Translations under genes and position numbers: made by a program
Shown here: positions 50,415 to 58,044 of the stretch, in pieces
Numbering within the stretch: the first letter of the stretch is position 1
Layout of the letters: each line of letters starts with the position of its first letter
Source: Candidatus Obscuribacteraceae bacterium
GTDB taxonomy: Bacteria; Cyanobacteriota; Vampirovibrionia; Obscuribacterales; Obscuribacteraceae
Length of the DNA stretch: 64,000 bases
Assembly (NCBI GenBank): GCA_044229845.1
Contig: JBGASG010000004.1
Span: forward strand, 224,001 to 288,000
Direction of reading: 5' to 3'
Notes under the pieces: generated by a model
Told to the model about the DNA's origin: nothing
The model's database searches: none
What the model saw: only the letters and a program-made list of their open reading frames with translations

Positions 50415-51578
50415 GTGCAAGACGAACACACCAACGCCCAGCAACCCGAGATTTCGATCTGTTTGCCCGTTTACAACGGCGCCAAGTATCTGCGGCAGGC
50501 GATTGAAAGCGCACTGAGCCAGACTTACGCTGACTTCGAATTACTGATTTCAGATGACGGATCCAGCGACGATAGCGTTTCGATAGCACAAGAATATGCC
50601 GACAAAGACAAGCGCGTGATCGCCTGGCGCAACGAACAGAATCTTGGTTTGTTCGAGAACTACAACCTCTGCATGGAGAGGGCACGCGGCAAATTTATCA
50701 AGCTGTTCGCGCAAGACGATGTTTTCGCGCCCAAGCTGCTCGAAAAGATGCGCGATGCACTGCTTGAAGAAGAAGGCGTCAGCCTGGTGGTTTCAGGCAG
50801 AAAATGGATCGATGCCGAAGGCAAAGAGTACGAACCCAAGCATGAGTGTCTGCGCAGAATCTGGAAACCGTTTCCTTGCGTCACTCGCTTGCCGGGCAAG
50901 GATGTCATTGCAGAAACTCTGCGCACGCTCACTAACTGGATTGGCGAGCCGAGCACCGTCATGTTCCGCAAAGAACATCAGGGCGAGGGATTCGACTGTA
51001 ACTTCCGGCAGATTGGTGATCTGGAGTTGTGGTATCGCATTCTTCAACAGGGTGATTATTTCTATCTGTCAGAGCAGCTGTGCCATTTCAGACAGCACCC
51101 GGAGAGCACGACCAACAAGAACAAGAAGACGCTGATTGCGTGGTGCGATGCGTTTTTGATCGGCGAGAAACACAAAGCGTACTTCGAAACCATCGGAGAG
51201 TCCGAAGAGACTTATGCGGACAAGGTGACACAATTCCTGGGGACGTGGCTGGAATTCGATGTGCGCGATCAAGATGACTTGCTGTGGAGATTTCTGGGAG
51301 TGCCCGAAGAAGAGCGCGGCAAGCACGCGTCAGTATTGGCTTACATGGCCAACCTGCATCGCGACCGCGGTTCGGTGAATCAGACCAACCTGGCACTGGC
51401 AGTTTTGGCGCTGCGCGAAATCGGAAAACTGGTGGCGGCACGAGATGAAAACATCGCGCTGAAAAATGAAGTTGAAGAATTACGAGACGAATTAACCTTG
51501 ATGGGCGAGAGCACGTCATGGCGTATAACCGCGCCCCTGCGCGAGGTCTCGAAGATCCTCACCTCTCAGCGCACCTAA
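50415..51578 (+). CDS. GT2 glycosyltransferase with C-terminal coiled coil
   Basis: ISICLPVYNG, SDDGSSD, AQDD, NWIGEPS and DLELW motifs; STSWRITAPLR tail; GAGG RBS. Confidence 0.92.
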   Translation: MQDEHTNAQQPEISICLPVYNGAKYLRQAIESALSQTYADFELLISDDGSSDDSVSIAQEYADKDKRVIAWRNEQNLGLFENYNLCMERARGKFIKLFAQDDVFAPKLLEKMRDALLEEEGVSLVVSGRKWIDAEGKEYEPKHECLRRIWKPFPCVTRLPGKDVIAETLRTLTNWIGEPSTVMFRKEHQGEGFDCNFRQIGDLELWYRILQQGDYFYLSEQLCHFRQHPESTTNKNKKTLIAWCDAFLIGEKHKAYFETIGESEETYADKVTQFLGTWLEFDVRDQDDLLWRFLGVPEEERGKHASVLAYMANLHRDRGSVNQTNLALAVLALREIGKLVAARDENIALKNEVEELRDELTLMGESTSWRITAPLREVSKILTSQRT

Positions 51579-51604
51579 TTTACAACAGAGCAATTTCCTA
51601 AACA

Positions 51605-51636
51605 TTGACTGCCGATTTATTTTGTTGGCATATAAT
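51605..51636 (+). promoter_or_regulatory. Promoter with overlong 20-bp spacer and dyad (MerR-family-like)
   Basis: TTGACT 51605-51610, TATAAT 51631-51636; TGCCGA-N9-TTGGCA inverted repeat 51610-51630. Confidence 0.55.
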
Positions 51637-51663
51637 GAATTGCATAGGGGGAATTGCCGGCAA

Positions 51664-52044
51664 ATGCTGAACCGCATCCTGAGCACGATATTCATGTTGG
51701 CGCTGTGCCTGTGCACCGGCTGCCCGACTGCGGATGCGTTCCCTGAGCTGCAGGCTGTTGCCCAACATGCTTGCTGCTGCGATGAGGAAGTCGCACAAGC
51801 TTGTTCAGTCTCGGATACCTGTTGCTGCACCATCTCCGATGCCGGTCATTCACTGCCGGTCAATTCAGAGTCGCCGTCAGTCCAAAGCGCTGACCAGCAG
51901 CCAATTGCGCCCCGCGACGTCGTAGCATTTCTCAGTCAGAATGTGCGCGTTTTAGACGCCGGCACCATCAGAGGTGCACAACGCAAACCGTTGCACCTGG
52001 CAAGCAATAAAGTCTATCTCTACAATCGATCTCTCCTGATTTAA
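51664..52044 (+). CDS. Exported Cys-rich small protein (two CCC motifs)
   Basis: Signal-like N-terminus; HACCCD, CSVSDTCCCT; C-terminal KVYLYNRSLLI; GGGGG upstream of ATG. Confidence 0.7.
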   Translation: MLNRILSTIFMLALCLCTGCPTADAFPELQAVAQHACCCDEEVAQACSVSDTCCCTISDAGHSLPVNSESPSVQSADQQPIAPRDVVAFLSQNVRVLDAGTIRGAQRKPLHLASNKVYLYNRSLLI

Positions 52045-52098
52045 AGCCGGTCTGCGAGCGTTTTTTAAATCAATTCAATTTCAATCAGGAGTAAAGTC

Positions 52099-52404
52099 AT
52101 GAAGAACTTTTTGACTCTAGTGGCCCTTGTCGTGTCTTTTATCGGAGCGCTCGCAGCCGCGCCCGCATTCGCTCAGCAATCCAGCAACGCAGCCAGCTGC
52201 TGCGCTGTCAGTGAGCCCTGCTGCGATAGCGGAGCCCCGTGCTGCCTTGGTGCAGTAGAAGGGCTGCAACAAGCAGCTGTCGGCGCATCGGGTCTGGCGG
52301 CAGCAGCCGTCAGCAAAGCAAGCAGTGCCACCGCTGACACGAAAGCGGCTGCCGAATGCTGCCCCGGAGCGTGCTGCGAAACCGCCGCGCCCTGCTGCGG
52401 CTAA
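52099..52404 (+). CDS. Exported metallothionein-like peptide with six CC pairs
   Basis: AGGAG RBS; signal peptide ending AFA; CCAVSEPCCDSGAPCC and CCPGACCETAAPCCG. Confidence 0.8.
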   Translation: MKNFLTLVALVVSFIGALAAAPAFAQQSSNAASCCAVSEPCCDSGAPCCLGAVEGLQQAAVGASGLAAAAVSKASSATADTKAAAECCPGACCETAAPCCG

Positions 52405-52429
52405 CAAGTAGCGAGTTCTACGGAACCAT

Positions 52430-52455
52430 GGAGGCACCGCGTACGCGGTGCCTCC
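52430..52455. repeat. Perfect 26-bp palindrome (terminator-like)
   Basis: GGAGGCACCGCGT|ACGCGGTGCCTCC followed by GTTT. Confidence 0.85.
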
Positions 52456-52574
52456 GTTTCGCGCCCGCACACACGGACGACCTGTCCAATTGCACATTCA
52501 ATTCGCGAACTGCAAATCATATAGTCATACAGGTGCCCCTGTGATTGCCACTCCTTTGCCAGAAGGACAGCGCT

Positions 52575-54386
52575 ATGACAGAACTCGAGACGTCCCCATT
52601 TAAGACGCAACAACGTCCAATCGGTGTTGAGCCCAGACTGGGCATAGACTCGTCTGATGAAGAAGGAGACGAGCCCATCGATCCGCAAGGCGGACTTGCC
52701 GACCTCTCGCACTCGCTCTTCGTCGCCCTCGACCAGAGCCTGCAAGGGCGACGCACCGCCTCAACGCGTACTGGCGCAGCTGAGGCTGAGTCAACGCCCC
52801 GAAGCGGCGCTGAGTCCCCGCCGGAAGCGGCACCGCACAAGCCGGAAGTTAAAGAGCAAACGCTCAATTTCCGCGACAGCAAAATTACCATCAAGACCAC
52901 CAACGGTGTCGCTACATACGTCAACGACGGCTCAAGCGAATGGGATAGTACCGACGGCAAGGTATGGACTCGCCGCGGATCTAACGGAGTGCACACCTGG
53001 CGCGGCACGATCCGATTTGACGAAAACAACAACTACATCGAAGAGGGCACCACCCACGGCGTGACGCGCATCAGCCGCCCGGACGGCAGCACCACCACGT
53101 CTATCAAGACCAAGGCAGGTAAGGAAATCAGCCTCACCGAGTCCAAAGACGGCAAACTGGAATATACCGGAACCGAGAAAAAGTGGCAAAGCAACGACGG
53201 CGGCAAGACCTGGACGAGCGGCACCAGCACCTGGAAAGGGCAGCTGGGCATCGACAGCATGGGTCGGATGTGGCGCGAGCCCGAAGGCGGCAAGCGCGAA
53301 ATCGGCGAGGTTTCTGAAAAGACTCAGGCGATCAACGAGCGCGTTGCCGCTCTGGAGAAGAAGTACAACATCTCAATCGGCGAAGCAGGCAAGCAAATCA
53401 AATACGACTACAGCGATCCGGAGACAGACACCACCAAGTCGGTGAACGTGGCGCTGCGTCTGCCTACCATGGATGAGCTGGACACGCTGGACAAATGCCT
53501 GGCGCAATACCAGCATCTGGCGCCGAAGACAGCCGACGGTTTCGACTTCAAAGGCATGAAGTTCAGTTTCGTCTCTGGGGCTGGCGATGGTGAGAAGGTA
53601 ACCCTCTGGGGCTGGTACAACGCCCAGAAAGAAGGATTGCCGCAGATATTCTTCGGTCCGCGCAACGCGGCTAATGCCCACGGCTGGGAGGGTTTCGAAG
53701 GAACTGTACTGCATGAAACAGCGCATCACCTGCAGTCCCAAAGATGGACTAAGGACGGCGGCAGAGAAGTTCCGAAAGACGTGATGGACACGCTTGGATG
53801 GCGCTACGACAAGGCAAGCGGCAACTATCAGCTGCGCGACAAAGACGGCAAGTACTGGGAAAACCACTCGGTGCGCCTCAAAGATAAGGACAGCGGCAAG
53901 TGGTACTACTCCAATCGCTGGTATCCAGTGGTTGACGGCACCGTGGTCAAAGAAGACTCGCGCGCTCGCACTACACGGCAAATGTTCGACAGCATTCCTG
54001 AGAAAAATCGCCCGTCCACTCAATACTTCACATACCCCACCGAGGCGCATGCGGAGGCACTGGCGATGCTCTTGCAGAATCCGGAGATGCTCTACAAGCG
54101 CAATGCCAACCTGTATCAAGCGACGCGCCGCTGGGATCAAGGCGACATCACCCAGCGGTATGGACTGAATGCGGACAAGCAACCAGCGATGATTCGGGGC
54201 GCCGACGGCAATATCATCGCCAACACGCCCGAAAATCGCAAGAAAGTCGCCGACATGGAAGCCAAATGGCGTCCCGCAGGCGACAACAAGGTCTCTGCGA
54301 CCAGCTGGGAAGAGATGACCGGTAGCGGCAATCGAGAAGAGCATCGTCCTGGGTGCGAGCACTGCCGCCCGCGCCGCGAGGCTTAG
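52575..54386 (+). CDS. Hypothetical protein with zincin (HExxH...E) metallopeptidase domain
   Basis: AAGGA before ATG 52575; VLHETAHH, later EAHAEA; W.S.DG..W repeats. Confidence 0.75.
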   Translation: MTELETSPFKTQQRPIGVEPRLGIDSSDEEGDEPIDPQGGLADLSHSLFVALDQSLQGRRTASTRTGAAEAESTPRSGAESPPEAAPHKPEVKEQTLNFRDSKITIKTTNGVATYVNDGSSEWDSTDGKVWTRRGSNGVHTWRGTIRFDENNNYIEEGTTHGVTRISRPDGSTTTSIKTKAGKEISLTESKDGKLEYTGTEKKWQSNDGGKTWTSGTSTWKGQLGIDSMGRMWREPEGGKREIGEVSEKTQAINERVAALEKKYNISIGEAGKQIKYDYSDPETDTTKSVNVALRLPTMDELDTLDKCLAQYQHLAPKTADGFDFKGMKFSFVSGAGDGEKVTLWGWYNAQKEGLPQIFFGPRNAANAHGWEGFEGTVLHETAHHLQSQRWTKDGGREVPKDVMDTLGWRYDKASGNYQLRDKDGKYWENHSVRLKDKDSGKWYYSNRWYPVVDGTVVKEDSRARTTRQMFDSIPEKNRPSTQYFTYPTEAHAEALAMLLQNPEMLYKRNANLYQATRRWDQGDITQRYGLNADKQPAMIRGADGNIIANTPENRKKVADMEAKWRPAGDNKVSATSWEEMTGSGNREEHRPGCEHCRPRREA

Positions 54387-54705
54387 CTGAAGCAGGCTTC
54401 ACATTTGGTCAAGGCTGGGCGAGAGGCACGCGGCGAGGCGCGCTCTCCCGTGAGCCACCGAATCTAGCCTGGCCTTGTTCGCGGCCGAAATACGATTATC
54501 CGGCCCGGCACCGGGCCGCGAAAGCTCGATTCAGCGGTGATAGCGGTTGACGCGGCCCGGTACGTGGCCACCATCGCGGCAGAATCAACTCCGTGGTGTC
54601 CATTTTTGGTCCCCAACCCGACCGATCGTCGCACCACTGGGGTTTGCTGCACATCCGTCCTGCTGACAACCGCTCGCGCGTCCGCACCCTTGTGAACGGG
54701 GGATA

Positions 54706-56427
54706 ATGCCCGCAGACTGGGCGATGGCGTATCATCCGGGCATGAGCATATCGGTAGTAGAGCGACCTTCGGCGGCAGGCGTTGAGCTTGCGTCTTCGCA
54801 GCATCATGGTCAGTCCGGCACGGCGTTTGGCTGGAAGCCGGCGGTGCTATTCTCGCTCGCCTGCGCCTCGTTGATCTTCGTATGGTTCGGCATCCACCGA
54901 CTGCAGCCACCCTGGGACGAAGCCGGACATATTCTCAACAGCTTGGCGGTCTGTGACTTGCTGCATCACACCAAGCTCTTCCGCCCGTCCTGGTGGCAAG
55001 AGTTATTGAGCGTCAATCACCTCTATCCGCCGTTTGTCTATCTCGTCAACGGATTCGCCAAACTGCTCTTCGGCGAATCAAGACTCGTCGACACCGCGGT
55101 CCTCGCACTCTTCGACTTCGTCCTCTCACTTTCCGTATTCGCTTCCACCCGCAAACTGAGCGGCTCCGTGGGCGCAGGTCTGGCCGCCCTGGTCGCCATC
55201 AACACCATCCCCCTGGTCACCTGGCTCAGCCATTCTTATTTGCTCGACTTTCCACTTATAGCCATGGTCTCCCTGGCTGTGTGGTGCCTCATCCAGTGGA
55301 GCGGCGCACCGACATGGCGCAATGCGCTCTTTGCCGGGGCTGCCGCATCAGCATGTTGCGCCACCAAGCACTTCGGTTTCCTCTATCTGGCACTACCGGC
55401 GGTGGCGTGCTTGCTGCGCACACCTACCCCGCTGCGTAAGCAAGTCGCCGCTCAGACAGCGTCTATGTGCGCGATTGTAGCAGCCGGCATTCTTCCGTGG
55501 CTGCTCGTCAACAAGGCAGCCATGGGCAACATTGCCGACGCCAATGTCACTCAAATGGGTTCGCGCTCTTTCGCTCAGCTCGCCTGGGAAAACCTGCTGC
55601 AATACACAAGTCATTTGCCCAACATGCTGTCGCCCCTGCTGTTGACGGCTGCGGCAATCTCGCTACTGATCATCTCGCGCAAAGAGCACCGCCAGCTCCT
55701 GCCTCTGTCCGCCCTCGCTGTAGGCGGTCTGATCGGTATCAGTTGCGTCACCGTCACTCCTGCACTGGACCGATATGCGGCACCACTTATGGTGGCAGCA
55801 GCCGCCTACCTGGGCATCGCCTTCAAAAACATTTGCCGAAACGCTTCGACCCCGATGCTCATAGCTGCCGTAGGCGCCGCCACTCTGGTCGTCTTGCAAT
55901 GCATTTCTTTCAACTGGACTCCGACGCCGATCAACGCACCACCTGGCATCGTCAGCCTCAGTAATGACCTGGGCGTCTGCCTGCTTGAATACCGCGGGCA
56001 ACGCATCGAGAAAGCCAGTCCTGTCGCCACATCCAGCTGGGGGCACGAGTGGGTTATGAAAACCGTCGGCGCCACCGACCCGGGCAAACCGGTATGGGTG
56101 CACATCACCCCCAATTCGCCGATTTTCAACGTTCACACATTTGAACTGATCGGCAGAGAGCAGGGCGTCAAGGCGCGCCCGACTACCTCTCGCGCCTGGT
56201 CTCTGAATGGGGATACGGTTGAGTTCAGTCCAAAGACTGCGCTTTATTACGACTGGTATGTAATCGTCACGGGCGACCAGCACCAGGGAAATATCTTCGT
56301 CACACCGGAGTCCGAGCGAGCCTACAAGGCACTCATTGACTTCGTCAGCACTGGCGGCAAGTTCCGTAAAGTGGGAGACTACCGCCTGCCCGACAACAAC
56401 GTATTGCAACTGTACCGGCAGAAGTAG
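54706..56427 (+). CDS. GT-C (ArnT/PMT_2-like) glycosyltransferase
   Basis: PPWDEAGH, YPP, YLLDFP, TKH, PW and DRY motifs; many TMs. Confidence 0.85.
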   Translation: MPADWAMAYHPGMSISVVERPSAAGVELASSQHHGQSGTAFGWKPAVLFSLACASLIFVWFGIHRLQPPWDEAGHILNSLAVCDLLHHTKLFRPSWWQELLSVNHLYPPFVYLVNGFAKLLFGESRLVDTAVLALFDFVLSLSVFASTRKLSGSVGAGLAALVAINTIPLVTWLSHSYLLDFPLIAMVSLAVWCLIQWSGAPTWRNALFAGAAASACCATKHFGFLYLALPAVACLLRTPTPLRKQVAAQTASMCAIVAAGILPWLLVNKAAMGNIADANVTQMGSRSFAQLAWENLLQYTSHLPNMLSPLLLTAAAISLLIISRKEHRQLLPLSALAVGGLIGISCVTVTPALDRYAAPLMVAAAAYLGIAFKNICRNASTPMLIAAVGAATLVVLQCISFNWTPTPINAPPGIVSLSNDLGVCLLEYRGQRIEKASPVATSSWGHEWVMKTVGATDPGKPVWVHITPNSPIFNVHTFELIGREQGVKARPTTSRAWSLNGDTVEFSPKTALYYDWYVIVTGDQHQGNIFVTPESERAYKALIDFVSTGGKFRKVGDYRLPDNNVLQLYRQK

Positions 56428-56438
56428 GAAGGTCTCCA

Positions 56439-57155
56439 GTGATTACGCAATCAAAGCGCCTCGCGGGTTTAGCGTCGTTGCCAATCGCCGCAGCGATTTT
56501 ATTAGCCACTTGCTGCACTGTCGCCGGTGCCGCGGACGATTCCGAAAAGCAGCTGGCCACCGCTTCTACAGCCACCACTCTGCAACTGACGGATGAACAG
56601 TTCGACATGATGCATAAAATGGTTGATGATATCCATCGCGACCTTGGGCATATTGACGAAGAGATGAACCGGCACGAAGAGATTGCAAACTATCCCTGGT
56701 ATAGCGATATGGGCTACGGATGGTACCCCGGACTCTACGACTCGTTTGGCGGCATGGGATACGGCGGTTTCATCGGCGACCCCTACACCGAAGGTCCTTC
56801 TTTGCCACCGCGCCAAGATGTGCTACAACGCTGGATGGGCTCACTCAACGGCAGCATCCAGGCGCTCTCGCAACACGTCCAAGCTGTGCAATTACCAACA
56901 GGCACCCCCGACGACATCACCGTGCAAATGAGAGTGTTGCAGGGCATCGTGCCGTCTCTCCAGGGCGACTACACGAAACTGACCGCTCTGCTCAATCCAC
57001 CGGCAAACTCTGCCTCGAACAACTCCAGCAACAACGGCAACAACAACTATGACCGTCAAGCGATTGCCCGCGAAACAGAACGTATCAAGGACGACCTGGG
57101 CGGCATCGACATTCTGCGCAAACGTATTCACCGCCTGCTAAAAGACGACAAGTAA
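56439..57155 (+). CDS. Hypothetical exported helical protein
   Basis: Signal peptide ending AGA; Tyr/Gly-rich loop; AGGAAGG RBS. Confidence 0.7.
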   Translation: MITQSKRLAGLASLPIAAAILLATCCTVAGAADDSEKQLATASTATTLQLTDEQFDMMHKMVDDIHRDLGHIDEEMNRHEEIANYPWYSDMGYGWYPGLYDSFGGMGYGGFIGDPYTEGPSLPPRQDVLQRWMGSLNGSIQALSQHVQAVQLPTGTPDDITVQMRVLQGIVPSLQGDYTKLTALLNPPANSASNNSSNNGNNNYDRQAIARETERIKDDLGGIDILRKRIHRLLKDDK

Positions 57156-57177
57156 CCTGAGAGGAATTCGCGAAACC

Positions 57178-58005
57178 ATGCTTGGATTTGGATTTGGACA
57201 ACGCCGCCAACACGTTCTCGTCAGCCTGCTCTTGCTGATCGGCTTCGCAGCGGAACCGGCGCTGGCAGCCTACAGACCGGATACAATGCCACGCAACGCA
57301 CAAATTGAACAAGACATCAGTGACGGTGAAGCCGCTGAACGCGCAAATCAATTGGACGTCGCCGAAGGGCACTACAAATCCGCTGAAATCAAGTTGACCG
57401 ACATGGTTGGTGCCAACGACAACCAGCTGGCTGATGTGTACATGCTCTTGCGAGGCTTGCTCCGCAAAGAAGGCAAGTACACCGAAGCTGTCGACTATGG
57501 CGCTAAGCTGGTTCAGCTCGAACAGCGCCTCTACGGTCCCGATCACGTTTATGTCGCCGACGACACCAAACAGCTCGCCGATGTGCAGACGGATGCTCAA
57601 CAATTCGACGATGCGCGCGCCAACTACACTCGCGCCGCCGCCAGCCCTGCCCGCGGTGCGGTCGAGGATTACGCGATGACGAACTATCGCCCCGCCGTCA
57701 AAATCAGCCGCAAAGACCTGGTGCTCTCCTGCTATGACGGCATCGCTAAAACCTACGAAGCAGAGAACAATCTGAAAGCCGCGGTTGACACTTACAAGCG
57801 CGCGATGACTCAGTACTCCAAGTACTCCCACGGAGACAAGTACAGAGCACAGATGCAATCGTCGCTCTTCTCCCGCTATCGCAATTACATCGCCAAGCTC
57901 AACGAGCAAGCCGCGGCGGCGGACGCCGATCCAAACGTGACAGAAGTGCGTCGGCAAGAGTACGGCAATCAAGAATATCCGCCGGGCGTGTTGCCTCCGT
58001 TCTAA
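57178..58005 (+). CDS. Exported tetratricopeptide-repeat protein
   Basis: Signal peptide ending ALA; GKYTEA...LYGPDH TPR pattern. Confidence 0.75.
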   Translation: MLGFGFGQRRQHVLVSLLLLIGFAAEPALAAYRPDTMPRNAQIEQDISDGEAAERANQLDVAEGHYKSAEIKLTDMVGANDNQLADVYMLLRGLLRKEGKYTEAVDYGAKLVQLEQRLYGPDHVYVADDTKQLADVQTDAQQFDDARANYTRAAASPARGAVEDYAMTNYRPAVKISRKDLVLSCYDGIAKTYEAENNLKAAVDTYKRAMTQYSKYSHGDKYRAQMQSSLFSRYRNYIAKLNEQAAAADADPNVTEVRRQEYGNQEYPPGVLPPF

Positions 58006-58044
58006 GCCGGCTTCTTAAGTCCGCCTTACGGGAATAATTCCCAC

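Noticed and set aside
51626..51645. Sigma54 promoter (TGGCA...TTGCA)
   Set aside because: GG-to-GC spacing is 13 nt, not the required 10.
54464..54910. Short minus-strand ORFs in the 54.4-54.9 kb gap
   Set aside because: Arg/Pro-rich with no motif, and they overlap the GT-C start.
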